A model generated the notes under the pieces. That model saw nothing but the letters and a program-made list of their open reading frames with translations. It was not told the DNA's origin and did not search any database. From a bacterium (GTDB taxonomy: Bacteria > Electryoneota > Electryoneia > Electryoneales > Electryoneaceae), in the NCBI GenBank assembly GCA_963669175.1, contig OY769902.1, positions 2,496,001-2,560,000 on the forward strand: 64,000 nt of DNA, written 5' to 3'. Of this stretch, positions 26,422-36,427 are shown piece by piece. The position numbers and the translations under genes were made by a program. Numbering within the stretch: the first letter of the stretch is position 1; each line of letters opens with the position of its first letter.

Positions 26422-28673
26422 AGCTGGATCGCCGGTGGAACACAAGACCCACTTTACCTGTGCCGATGTCACGGGGGCGGGTGCTTACGGTTCTTTCCGG
26501 GCTGCTGATCCTTGCTGGCGCAATCCTTTTCCGGTTGGGCGATATCCAGTTGGTCAAGCATTCGCAGTTTACCGAACGGGCAGAAAAGCAGTACCGCAAC
26601 CGCAGGCCGATCGAACCGCTCCGGGGACGCATCCTGGATCGTTGCGGCAATGAGCTGGTTGCCAACCTGCCGAACTACTACTCGGTAGGAGTTCGTCCCT
26701 CGGATGTGCGTGATGTGAATGGCCTGTCCAGGAAGCTGGCAACGATTCTGGAAGAGCCGGTCACGGCCATACGTGCGCAGATCGAAGGCGGCCGTTCATT
26801 TGTCTGGATCGAACGCAAGGTTCGTTCGCACCTGGCGCAGCAGATTGCGGCGCTGGGCGATTCTTCACTGGTGATTCAGCGTGAGACCAAGCGTGAGTAC
26901 ACCTACGGTCCCGTTGGCGGTCAGGTACTCGGCTTTGTCGATGTAGACAACAAGGGCCGTAGTGGAATTGAACATCAGTTTGAAACCGTCCTTGCCGGTG
27001 AACCCGGTTGGGAAGTGCTTCAGAAATACGGCAGCTATCGCCAGTTGATCAACCCGGATTATCCTCGTCAGGAAGCGGTGGATGGCGGTACGGTTGTTCT
27101 TTCCATCGATGTGAACGCCCAGGCCATTGCCGAGGAAGAGCTGGAAGAAGCGGTCGAGAAATACCATGCCGCAAACGGGATGATCATTGTGACCCGTCCT
27201 TCGACCGGGGAGATCCTGGCGATGGCATCCACCCCCCGGTACGATCCGAACGATCCCGGCGACTTCAGCGCCCTGGCACGTAAGAACCGCGTAGTTACCG
27301 ACGGCTACGAGCCCGGCTCAACCTTCAAGATTGTCACCTTTGCCGCGTTGGTTGAGCAGGATCGCATGAAGATTGACGAAGTGATCAATTGCGAAAATGG
27401 GCGTTATCAGGTAGCTGACAGGGTCATTCGCGACAGTCACCCGTACGACAGGCTGACGGCGGAAGGTGTCCTGGCGAAGAGCAGTAACATCGGTACGGCA
27501 AAACTGGCCGCGCGTCTCGAGCCCAAGGAATTCTACACGGCGATCCGTGATTTCGGCTTCGGTTCAGAGACCGGGATTGAATTGACAGGTGAGACCAACG
27601 GTATTCTGCTTCCGCCGAACAAGTGGAGTGGGGTTTCCCAGGCCAATATGTCCATCGGGCAGGGGATAACTGTTACAGCGCTTCAGCTTGCCATGGCGTA
27701 CGGCGCAGTGGCCAATAACGGCATGCTGATGAAGCCACTCCTGGTTCTTTCGGTGACTCATCCTGACGGGACCACGGAATTGCGTGAGCCGCAGCCGATT
27801 CGCCGGGTGGTGCGGCCCTCGACTGCTCGCATGCTACGCCTGATGCTGGAAGAAGCGGTAATCAACGGAACCGGCGGTAATGCAAAGATCGAAGGGATTC
27901 GCGTATCGGGCAAAACCGGTACGGCGCAGAAAGTGGATCACAAGAACAGGATGTACTACCAGGACCGTTACGTGTCCTCTTTCATCGGCATGACACCGAC
28001 CGAACATCCCGAGTACCTGTGCCTGGTGGTGATCGATGATCCCCGGGGGAATATCTACTATGGCGGTTCTATTGCCGCCCCGGTTTTCAAAAGTGTTATG
28101 GAGCGCTTGCTGGTTATCCTGCCACGGCAGGATGCCATGATGGCTGACTTGCCGGATATGGATGAACACGAACCGGCTTACCAGGGAATAGAAGTTCCTC
28201 ACCTGGTAACCCTGACTCGTCGAGAAGCCAACAATAGTCTTGGCAAACTTGGCCTGAAGCCTGAATGGCTGGGTGAAGGCGACGTGGTAATCGGGCAGGG
28301 AATTCCGCCGGGAACGTCCCTGCTGGAAGGGGCTACGGTGCAGGTCGTGCTTGGTCCCTGTGCGGTTCAGGAAGGGCGTGTGATGATTCCGGATCTGTCC
28401 GGACTCGATCTTCGAGAAGCCATAGCCACGCTTTCACGAATCGGAATTCGTGCTGTAGTGGATGGGAGCGGCCCGGTGACATGGCAGAATCCGGCACAAG
28501 GCGAATTCCTGGCTGTCGGTTCGGATTGTCATCTCTATGCAGGCGAAACAGGCGAACGTAAAAAACAGCAGAACCATAAAGCGGCGGAACGTCGCAGGCT
28601 GGCACAAGCAACACCGGAAGTCCAGAAAGATGAACCGGAAACCACAACCGAACCGGGAGGGCAGGCGCAATGA
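26418..28673 (+). CDS. ftsI: Class B penicillin-binding protein (FtsI/PBP3) with two PASTA domains
   Basis: RGRILDR, EPGSTFK, SSN, KTGT; two C-terminal VP/IPDL-type PASTA repeats. Confidence 0.93.
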   Translation: MKLDRRWNTRPTLPVPMSRGRVLTVLSGLLILAGAILFRLGDIQLVKHSQFTERAEKQYRNRRPIEPLRGRILDRCGNELVANLPNYYSVGVRPSDVRDVNGLSRKLATILEEPVTAIRAQIEGGRSFVWIERKVRSHLAQQIAALGDSSLVIQRETKREYTYGPVGGQVLGFVDVDNKGRSGIEHQFETVLAGEPGWEVLQKYGSYRQLINPDYPRQEAVDGGTVVLSIDVNAQAIAEEELEEAVEKYHAANGMIIVTRPSTGEILAMASTPRYDPNDPGDFSALARKNRVVTDGYEPGSTFKIVTFAALVEQDRMKIDEVINCENGRYQVADRVIRDSHPYDRLTAEGVLAKSSNIGTAKLAARLEPKEFYTAIRDFGFGSETGIELTGETNGILLPPNKWSGVSQANMSIGQGITVTALQLAMAYGAVANNGMLMKPLLVLSVTHPDGTTELREPQPIRRVVRPSTARMLRLMLEEAVINGTGGNAKIEGIRVSGKTGTAQKVDHKNRMYYQDRYVSSFIGMTPTEHPEYLCLVVIDDPRGNIYYGGSIAAPVFKSVMERLLVILPRQDAMMADLPDMDEHEPAYQGIEVPHLVTLTRREANNSLGKLGLKPEWLGEGDVVIGQGIPPGTSLLEGATVQVVLGPCAVQEGRVMIPDLSGLDLREAIATLSRIGIRAVVDGSGPVTWQNPAQGEFLAVGSDCHLYAGETGERKKQQNHKAAERRRLAQATPEVQKDEPETTTEPGGQAQ

Positions 28674-30130
28674 TGCTGCGTGAGATAGTTTCCCGGATTG
28701 AGAACGCAACATTGACCGGGCAGGGAAACGCTGAAATCACCGGTGTGCAATATGACAGCCGGAAGGTAAAGCCGGGTGACCTGTTCTGTGCGGTTGTGGG
28801 TGGAAAGTCTGATGGAAACAAGTTCATTCCGACGGCAATAGAAAAGGGCGCTGCCGCTATCCTGACCTCTAAGCCAGATGCGGTTCCGGCTGGTGTGGAA
28901 GCAATCCTTGTGGACAATGACCGCCTGGGAATGGCGCTGGCGGCGCATGCGCTGCATTATAAATTGCTTGAAAAAGTAGATATAATCGGCATCACCGGGA
29001 CCAATGGGAAAACCACCTGCAGCATCCTGGTGCAGTCTATCCTGAAGCATGCCGGGGCGAAAGTCGGGCGAATCGGGACTCTCGGCTGGGAATTTGAAGA
29101 CGATATCGAAGATGGCAAGCTGACAACCCCGGAAGCGCCGGACCTGGTGGCACGGATCGCCGAATGGGCCGAGAAGGGCGCAACCCATATCGTGATGGAA
29201 GTGACTTCCATCGCCCTCGACATGCACCGTGTGGCCGGGTTCAACTTCGTTGGAGGACTTTTCACCAACCTGAGCCAGGATCATCTCGACCTGCACGGAA
29301 CCATGGAAGCCTATTTCCAGGCCAAGAAGCAGTTCTTTGACAACATGGACAGCGACAGCCGTGCGGTGACCAACAGCCTGGACGATTACGGGCTGCGCAT
29401 GGTGGAGGGGATCACAGTGCCAGCGGTTGGTTTCGGTTTCAATCCTTTCTGCGATATCTGGGGAGTGCTGGAAGAAGAAACCGCGCGTGGTATGAAGATT
29501 CATGTCGGCGGAGTTTACGGTGAGTTGACTGTCAACGCGCCGTTGATCGGTCGTTTCAACGCGGAAAATGTGCTGGGTAGTGTATCCCTTATGCTGGCGT
29601 TGGGAATTCCGAAGGATGCCATTGTCGCTGGGATGGCAAATGTTCCGCAGGTACGTGGACGCATGGAACGTCTGCCACTCGAAGGAAACGTGACAGCGGT
29701 AATCGATTACGCCCACACACCGGAAGCCCTGCGGAAAGCGCTGGAAGCGCTTCGTCCAGCGACGCAAGGACAGTTGATCGTTGTGTTCGGAGCCGGTGGG
29801 GATCGTGACCGTGACAAACGCCCCAAGATGGGACGCGCTGCGGTTGAGCTGGCGGATCGTGTGTTTGTTACCAGCGATAATCCTCGTACAGAAGAACCCG
29901 CCACCATCGTAGAAGAAGTACTTAAAGGCGCAACGGGTGACAAAGTGACTGCTGTGGTTGATCGTCTTGAGGCCATTCGTGCTGCGCTTGATGAGGCTAA
30001 GCCTGGCGATACAGTTCTGATAGCAGGTAAAGGGCACGAAACCTATCAGGAGGTCAATGGCGTTCGTCACCATTTCGATGATCGTGAAGAGGTGTTGAAC
30101 TATCGCAATGCAGTCGCGGAGGTGAAATAA
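28670..30130 (+). CDS. murE: UDP-MurNAc-tripeptide synthetase (meso-DAP type)
   Basis: GITGTNGKTT, DHLDLH, DYAHTP, SDNPR, AGKGHE. Confidence 0.96.
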   Translation: MMLREIVSRIENATLTGQGNAEITGVQYDSRKVKPGDLFCAVVGGKSDGNKFIPTAIEKGAAAILTSKPDAVPAGVEAILVDNDRLGMALAAHALHYKLLEKVDIIGITGTNGKTTCSILVQSILKHAGAKVGRIGTLGWEFEDDIEDGKLTTPEAPDLVARIAEWAEKGATHIVMEVTSIALDMHRVAGFNFVGGLFTNLSQDHLDLHGTMEAYFQAKKQFFDNMDSDSRAVTNSLDDYGLRMVEGITVPAVGFGFNPFCDIWGVLEEETARGMKIHVGGVYGELTVNAPLIGRFNAENVLGSVSLMLALGIPKDAIVAGMANVPQVRGRMERLPLEGNVTAVIDYAHTPEALRKALEALRPATQGQLIVVFGAGGDRDRDKRPKMGRAAVELADRVFVTSDNPRTEEPATIVEEVLKGATGDKVTAVVDRLEAIRAALDEAKPGDTVLIAGKGHETYQEVNGVRHHFDDREEVLNYRNAVAEVK

Positions 30131-31542
30131 TGAAGATCAGTAAAAAAGTCCTCCGTGATGCCAAGATTGAAGTCTTCGGGAACTGGGATAACAACCTGCC
30201 GAAGGTTACCCAGGATAGCCGTGAAGTAGTTGAGGGTGGCCTGTTCTGGGCGTTGGTTGGTGAGAACAGTGATGGTCATGCCTATGTCGAAGCCGCATTG
30301 AAGGACAAGAAGGCTGGGATTGTAGCTGTTAATTATAACTGGTACGATAAATCAAAAGACCTGCTCGAAGGCCATACTGTCTTTGTCATGGAAGACACGC
30401 TGGTTGGTTTGCAGAGCCTGGCAACGCAGGTCCGCAAGTCCCTTGGATCAATTGTTGTGGCTATAACCGGCTCGAATGGCAAGACAACCACACGTGAGAT
30501 GATTGCGACTGCCTTGAGCGCTGCAGGTAAGACCGGGAAAAATATCAAGAATTACAACAATCACATCGGTCTGCCGCTTTCTATCCTGAACCTGGATGGT
30601 GACGAGAAGTATGTGGTGCTGGAGCTGGGCGCGAATCATATCGGCGAAATTGAAGAATTGAGCGCAATCGCACAGCCTGGAATCGGGCTGATTACCAATA
30701 TCGGTTCGGCGCACCTGGGCGAGTTTGGCGGAATTGACGAAGTTCAGAAAGCCAAGGGTGAGTTGTTTGAGTATGTATCCACTCGTGGCATGGCAGTGGT
30801 CAATCTTGACGATGACCGCGTTGTGCAAGCTGCTTTCAGTTGTCCACAGAAGGTTGGCTTCACCCTGAGTGAAACGCCTGCCAGCTGGTCTTCATCCATC
30901 TATTCCGGGAAGATCATCAGCCAGGACAAGTGGGGACGGCCTACACTGGCAGTTGAGGGAATGACCCTGAAGCTGAAACTGCCGGGACGCCATTTCGCAT
31001 CCGGCGCATTGGCTGCGTATACGGTCGGCATAGAAGCTGGTGTAGATCCCGGAACACTCATCCAGGCGTTGGAAACAGTTGAACCGCTGGCCGGACGCGG
31101 GATGATCATCGGGCTGGATCGTGGCATTGAACTGATGGACGAGAGCTATAACGCAAACGCGTCCTCAATTGAAACAGCATTGAATAGCCTGGCCCGTCAT
31201 GACGGGTATACAATCGCAGTACTGGGGGATGTGTTCGAGCTTGGTGCGTACGAAGAGGAAGAGCATCGTAGAATCGGACGGTTTCTGAGCCTGGAAGATG
31301 TGGATCGTGTGTACTTCGTAGGATCGCGGATGGCATGGGCAGCCGAGGAGGCGGACCTGTCCGGTCATCCCTGGGTGGAACGGATGGAAGCGGAAGATGT
31401 CGCTGATGTAGCGGCGCAAATCGCTGAAGATTGCCCGGATAACACCGCGATCCTGGTGAAGGGTTCACGCGCCATGGGGCTTGAACGTGTGGTGCTCGGC
31501 CTGGCAAGGAAGTTCAAGCCAAAGGCGGAGGGCGGCGCATGA
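30130..31542 (+). CDS. murF: UDP-MurNAc-pentapeptide ligase
   Basis: ITGSNGKTTT, NYNNHIGLP, ESYNAN, LVKGSR. Confidence 0.95.
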   Translation: MKISKKVLRDAKIEVFGNWDNNLPKVTQDSREVVEGGLFWALVGENSDGHAYVEAALKDKKAGIVAVNYNWYDKSKDLLEGHTVFVMEDTLVGLQSLATQVRKSLGSIVVAITGSNGKTTTREMIATALSAAGKTGKNIKNYNNHIGLPLSILNLDGDEKYVVLELGANHIGEIEELSAIAQPGIGLITNIGSAHLGEFGGIDEVQKAKGELFEYVSTRGMAVVNLDDDRVVQAAFSCPQKVGFTLSETPASWSSSIYSGKIISQDKWGRPTLAVEGMTLKLKLPGRHFASGALAAYTVGIEAGVDPGTLIQALETVEPLAGRGMIIGLDRGIELMDESYNANASSIETALNSLARHDGYTIAVLGDVFELGAYEEEEHRRIGRFLSLEDVDRVYFVGSRMAWAAEEADLSGHPWVERMEAEDVADVAAQIAEDCPDNTAILVKGSRAMGLERVVLGLARKFKPKAEGGA

Positions 31543-32909
31543 ACCCGGTTTATTCAAGTGGTGAACTGAAGGACAAGATGGCCTGGGTGATCGGTCTGGC
31601 GAGAAGCGGTTTTGCTGCAGCAAAGCTACTACGTTTGACCGGGGCTGAAGTTTTTGTGACTGAACGCAGTGATGCGTCCAATCTCGGCGACATGATCGCC
31701 GAACTCGAAGCGATGGGTGTGGAAGTTCAGGTCGGCGGGCATGACCTGAAGGGGAAAACGCCGCCGGATTTTGCGGTGGTAAGCCCTGGAATTCCGTTGA
31801 GTGCACCCGTTATCCAGTGGTTACGGGATCGTGGCCGTCCGGTGTACAGCGAAATCGAAGTGGCCTACTGGTTCTATTACGGGACAACCGTAGCGATCAC
31901 CGGAACCAACGGCAAGACCACCGTCACACGCTGGCTGACCCATATGCTGCGTGAAGCGGGGCTGGATGCTCGCGCGGCGGGGAACATCGGCTATCCTTTC
32001 TGTGACCTGGTACGTGAAAAACCACGCACAACCCACGCAATCACCGAAGTAAGCAGCTATCAGCTTGAATCGATTGCGTCGTTCCATCCGCATGTATCCG
32101 TGCTGACCAACATCACGGCGGATCACCTGGAACGTCATGGCAGCATGAAAAACTACGCGGCTGCCAAGGGACGGGTCTTTGAGAACCAGGAAGCGGAAGA
32201 CTTTGCGGTCATGCCCTATGGCGGTGAGCTGGTCGCCACGATTTCCTCCTGTGTTCGTGCCAGGAAACTGCTGGTCAGTATGGACCGGGTTCCGCATGAC
32301 GGCACAGGGTTCAAGGATGGTTTCCTGTGGTTGAGCCACGATGGCAAAAAAGTCCAGTTGATGGAAGCATCCGATTTACCGATTCCGGGCATGCATAATG
32401 TGGCGAATGCGTTGTGTGCATCGGCCGCGGCATGGGCGCTTCAACTGAGTGTGGATGAGATTCGTAAGGGCCTGCTCACCTTCAAGGGTGTGGAACACAG
32501 GCTGGAAACGATAAAAAGCAATGGCCGTATCTGGATCAATGATTCCAAAGCGACCAATGTGGATAGCCTGAAGGTTGCGCTAGAAGCCGTGAAAGGCAAA
32601 GTCTGGCTGATCGCGGGTGGTAAGGATAAGGGCGCTCCCTATGAACCGCTTCGCAACCTGGTGAAGGAAAAGGTAAAGCGTCTGCTGCTTATCGGTGAAG
32701 GCGCGGATCGTATTCAGGACGAACTTGGTGACCTGGTTCAGGCCGAAATGTGTGCAACGCTCGATAACGCTGTAAAGCTGGCGAATCTTCAGGCGGAACA
32801 TGGTGATACGGTCCTGTTGTCCCCGGCCTGCGCAAGCTTTGATCAATACGAGAACTTCGAAGTTCGTGGGGAAGCGTTCCGGAAACTGGTTGAGGAGGTA
32901 ACAGCCTGA
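31539..32909 (+). CDS. murD: UDP-MurNAc-L-Ala:D-Glu ligase
   Basis: GLARSG, SPGI, EVSSYQL, NDSKATN, LSPACASFD. Confidence 0.96.
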   Translation: MNPVYSSGELKDKMAWVIGLARSGFAAAKLLRLTGAEVFVTERSDASNLGDMIAELEAMGVEVQVGGHDLKGKTPPDFAVVSPGIPLSAPVIQWLRDRGRPVYSEIEVAYWFYYGTTVAITGTNGKTTVTRWLTHMLREAGLDARAAGNIGYPFCDLVREKPRTTHAITEVSSYQLESIASFHPHVSVLTNITADHLERHGSMKNYAAAKGRVFENQEAEDFAVMPYGGELVATISSCVRARKLLVSMDRVPHDGTGFKDGFLWLSHDGKKVQLMEASDLPIPGMHNVANALCASAAAWALQLSVDEIRKGLLTFKGVEHRLETIKSNGRIWINDSKATNVDSLKVALEAVKGKVWLIAGGKDKGAPYEPLRNLVKEKVKRLLLIGEGADRIQDELGDLVQAEMCATLDNAVKLANLQAEHGDTVLLSPACASFDQYENFEVRGEAFRKLVEEVTA

Positions 32910-34117
32910 TGGGAACGACCGTCCGCATAAAAAGCCAGGGAGGACGCCGCGAGGGTGGATCGCAGGCAGTGCCGCTCACTGCGCCACCGCAGGCGAATCA
33001 AGGCATTGATCATGTGTTGCTGGCCATCATCCTGGTGCTGACGGTTGTCGGGTTGGTATCGGTGTATTCGGCCTCAAGCGAACGCTCTATCGCACAATAC
33101 GGCAGCGCACACGCGATGTTCATTCGCCAGGCGGCGCGTGCAATGGCAGGGTTGGCCATTATGGGCGTGATGGCGTGGATGCCCTACCGTTTCTGGCGCA
33201 AGCTGGGAATCCCGGCTGTGGTGGTAAGCGCGTTTTTGTTGATCCTGGTGTTCTTTGGTAACCTGGGGCATTCCAGCCACGGTGCTCAGCGCTGGCTGAC
33301 CCTTGGCCCGGTTCGTTTCCAGCCTTCAGAGCTGGCGAAGTTTTCGATCGTTCTGTTTATCGCTTCCTGGGCGTATTCACGCGGCGACCGGATGAAGAAG
33401 GCCGGTACCGGAATGCTGATTCCGTTGGGTGTTGCTATACTGTTGGCCGGGATGATTGCCTGGCAGCCTGACTTTTCCACGGCAGCCCTGCTGATGGTGA
33501 TTTCGCTGGCAACGGTGTTTGTTTCCGGAGCCAATATCGTCCATCTCGGCATCCTCGTCGGGCCGCTCAGCCTGGCGGCGGGGATGTTTGCCTGGATGGA
33601 ACCTTATCGTCGCGCACGGATCATGAGTTTCCTGTCGCCATTTGCCGATCCGGAATCCGCCGGATACCAGATCCTCCAATCCTGGATCGGGTTTGGGCGT
33701 GGCGGTCTGTTCGGTGTCGGCGCAGGGGCAAGCCGTCAGAAGCTGTTTTTCCTGCCGGACTCGCACACGGACTTCATCTTCAGCGTGGTTGGAGAAGAGT
33801 GGGGCTTTTTCGGGGCGACGATCCTTGTGGTTCTGTTCCTCGCACTGGCATGGCGTGGTTTCCGGATCGGGATGCGCTGCCCGGACGCCTTCGGAAGTTA
33901 CCTGGCTGTAGGATTCACCTTTGTCATCGGTTTATACGCTCTGTTCAACATGGGAATTGCGGTGGGGGTACTTCCGACCACGGGATTGCCGCTTCCCTTT
34001 ATCAGCTACGGCGGTACATCACTGCTGTTAACCTATGCCGCTATGGGAGTGGTGTTGAGTATTTCAAGATATGGTCATCCACGGATGCAAGCACGGCAAC
34101 ACGGAGAAGAAGATTGA
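32909..34117 (+). CDS. ftsW: Peptidoglycan glycosyltransferase FtsW
   Basis: GAQRW, FQPSELAK, QPDF, HTDFIF, LPFISYGG. Confidence 0.95.
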   Translation: MGTTVRIKSQGGRREGGSQAVPLTAPPQANQGIDHVLLAIILVLTVVGLVSVYSASSERSIAQYGSAHAMFIRQAARAMAGLAIMGVMAWMPYRFWRKLGIPAVVVSAFLLILVFFGNLGHSSHGAQRWLTLGPVRFQPSELAKFSIVLFIASWAYSRGDRMKKAGTGMLIPLGVAILLAGMIAWQPDFSTAALLMVISLATVFVSGANIVHLGILVGPLSLAAGMFAWMEPYRRARIMSFLSPFADPESAGYQILQSWIGFGRGGLFGVGAGASRQKLFFLPDSHTDFIFSVVGEEWGFFGATILVVLFLALAWRGFRIGMRCPDAFGSYLAVGFTFVIGLYALFNMGIAVGVLPTTGLPLPFISYGGTSLLLTYAAMGVVLSISRYGHPRMQARQHGEED

Positions 34118-35559
34118 CACACCTGCAACGAAAGATGAAACGCATTCACTTTGTCGGTATCGGCGGTATCGGCATGAGCGGTATTGCTGAGTCGCTGGCT
34201 GCGCAGGGATTTGAGATTACCGGCAGCGATCTGAGCGAATCCGCGATTACCGAACACCTGGTGGAGTGCGGTTGCACGGTGTACAAGGGGCACAAGGCGG
34301 AAAACGTGCAGGATGTGAACGCTTTGGTCTACAGCAGCGCTGTGGATCGTGAGAATCCTGAAATCGTGGAAGCCCGCCGTTTGGGTATCCCGGTGATCCG
34401 TCGTGCGGAGATGCTGGCAGAATTAATGAGACTGAAATCCGGAATCGCGGTTGCCGGAACACATGGCAAGACCACAACCACTTCCATGATCGGTCACATT
34501 CTGACCGAAGCGGGACTTGATCCTACGGTTATCGTGGGCGGTGTTGTACGTGGGCTGGGCACCAACGCCCGTCTGGGTAACAGTGAATTGCTGGTGGCCG
34601 AAGCGGACGAGTATGACCGCAGTTTCCTGAAGCTGACCCCGGTGCTGGCGGTGTTGACCACGCTGGAGGCAGAGCATCTGGATACCTACGGCACCTATGA
34701 AGCCTTGCGCGAGGCGTTCCTCACGTATGCCAACTCGGTTCCGTTCTATGGACTGGTTGCGGTTTGCACCGACGAGCCGAACCTGGTTGATCTTCTGCCG
34801 GAACTGGATCGCCCGGTAATCACTTATGGCACCAATCCTCATGCCGATCTGCGTATCAGTGATCTTGAATCAGGTGTAATGAGCAAATGCACAATCTGGC
34901 GCGGCGCGGAAAAGCTGGGAATACTGGAACTGCCGCTTCCCGGCTTGCACAACCTGAGAAATGCTTTGGGCGCTTTATCCGTCGCGCTTGAATTGGATGT
35001 GCCGTTTGATTCTGCCGTTGCAGCCCTACGGGGATTCAGTGGAGTGAAGCGTCGGTTTGAGCTGCGTGGTGAGGAACTGGGTGTGGCGGTTTATGATGAT
35101 TACGCCCATCACCCGACAGAGGTGAAGGCGACATTGACCGCTGCACGAGAAGCGTTTAACGGTCGCCGTATCGTGGGAATTTTTCAGCCGCACCTGTATT
35201 CACGAACCCAGACTTTTTACAAGGAATTTGCACAGGCGCTGCTACTGGCAGACCTGTTGATGGTGTCTGATGTCTACCCGGCACGGGAAAAGCCGATTGA
35301 AGGGGTGACCGGGCGGATGATTGTAGAGCAGGCGCAGAAATTCGGGCATCGCAATGTTCATTACCTGCGCCGTCGTGAAGAGATCGTTCATAAACTGTCG
35401 CCCATGCTGGAAGAAGGCGACCTGGTGATTACCCTTGGCGCAGGTGACATCTACAAGACCAGCGATGAAGTGCTGGAAGCGCTTCGCAAGCGGGAAGAGG
35501 AAAAGAATCGTGGTCCAAACCGACCTTATGGTGTCTATCGCCCGGACAGCCAGGGGTAA
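34114..35559 (+). CDS. murC: UDP-MurNAc:L-Ala ligase
   Basis: IHFVGIGGIGMSG, GTHGKTTT, EADEYD, DDYAHHP, FQPH. Start probably TTG 34114 (or ATG 34135), not 33799. Confidence 0.95.
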   Translation: MTHLQRKMKRIHFVGIGGIGMSGIAESLAAQGFEITGSDLSESAITEHLVECGCTVYKGHKAENVQDVNALVYSSAVDRENPEIVEARRLGIPVIRRAEMLAELMRLKSGIAVAGTHGKTTTTSMIGHILTEAGLDPTVIVGGVVRGLGTNARLGNSELLVAEADEYDRSFLKLTPVLAVLTTLEAEHLDTYGTYEALREAFLTYANSVPFYGLVAVCTDEPNLVDLLPELDRPVITYGTNPHADLRISDLESGVMSKCTIWRGAEKLGILELPLPGLHNLRNALGALSVALELDVPFDSAVAALRGFSGVKRRFELRGEELGVAVYDDYAHHPTEVKATLTAAREAFNGRRIVGIFQPHLYSRTQTFYKEFAQALLLADLLMVSDVYPAREKPIEGVTGRMIVEQAQKFGHRNVHYLRRREEIVHKLSPMLEEGDLVITLGAGDIYKTSDEVLEALRKREEEKNRGPNRPYGVYRPDSQG

Positions 35560-36427
35560 GGTGCGGACGGACGTCCCCCTTGCGCCCTATACGTCCTACA
35601 AAATCGGCGGCCCGGCTGCGGTGCTGTTCGAACCGGAAACGGAAGAATCCGTGGGGCAACTGCTGCATGATGCTGCCGAAGCGGAAGTTCCGGTACTGGT
35701 GATCGGTGGCGGCTGCAACATGCTGATCGCTGATTCGGGATGGCATGGGATTGCGCTTCACATGGGCGAAGGTTTGGCGTCATTGGACTTTGATCAGGAT
35801 CACGTCTCAGTTCAGGCCGGGGCAAAACTGATGAACCTGGTGCGTGAATCGGTGCGTCACGGCTTCAGCGGAATGGAATTGATGGCTGGCATCCCGGGTA
35901 CGGTTGGCGGCGCGCTAAGGATGAATGCCGGCGCTTTCGGGCAGGAAATTGAAGCGACTGTGACAACAGTACGTGGTTTCGGTCTGTGGGGTAAGCCCTT
36001 TGAATTGAAACGGAAGCGGATCGCGTTCGGTTATCGAACGGCTCCGGAACTGGACGACAAGGTTATTACATCGGCAGAATTCAGCTACACACAGGAAAAT
36101 CCTGAATTCCTGGTAAACCGGATGAATGAAGTGTTAAAGGTCCGCAATCAAAAGCAGCCATTGGAGCATCCGTCCTGCGGCAGCGTTTTCAAGCGTCCCC
36201 CAGGCTATTTCGCCGGGTCGTTGATTGAGGAATCGGGATTGAAGGGCAAGCGGGTCGGTGGCGCAGTAGTCAGCGAGAAACACGCGGGATTCATTCTGAA
36301 TGATCGTAACGCCACGGCCGCAGATGTTCGTGAACTGATTTGGATTGTTGAAGAGACGGTAAACAAGAAGTTCGGAGTCAGGCTGGAGCGTGAAGTCAAG
36401 TTAATCGGATTTGATGATGCGATTTGA
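35510..36427 (+). CDS. murB: UDP-N-acetylenolpyruvoylglucosamine reductase
   Basis: IGGPA, GIPGTVGGALRMNAGA, GSVFKRP, SEKHA, LEREV; start approximate. Confidence 0.94.
   Translation: MVQTDLMVSIARTARGKVRTDVPLAPYTSYKIGGPAAVLFEPETEESVGQLLHDAAEAEVPVLVIGGGCNMLIADSGWHGIALHMGEGLASLDFDQDHVSVQAGAKLMNLVRESVRHGFSGMELMAGIPGTVGGALRMNAGAFGQEIEATVTTVRGFGLWGKPFELKRKRIAFGYRTAPELDDKVITSAEFSYTQENPEFLVNRMNEVLKVRNQKQPLEHPSCGSVFKRPPGYFAGSLIEESGLKGKRVGGAVVSEKHAGFILNDRNATAADVRELIWIVEETVNKKFGVRLEREVKLIGFDDAI

Noticed and set aside
28535-30073. 512-aa antisense ORF and other long shadow ORFs (512-1237, 37446-38261, 39040-40788)
   Set aside because: They are antisense to well-supported genes with biased codon usage and show no recognisable motifs.
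33799-34113. N-terminal extension of MurC, or a hidden murG remnant
   Set aside because: It lies wholly within ftsW in another frame and shows no MurG motifs (e.g. GGTGGH); MurC similarity starts at about 34114-34135.
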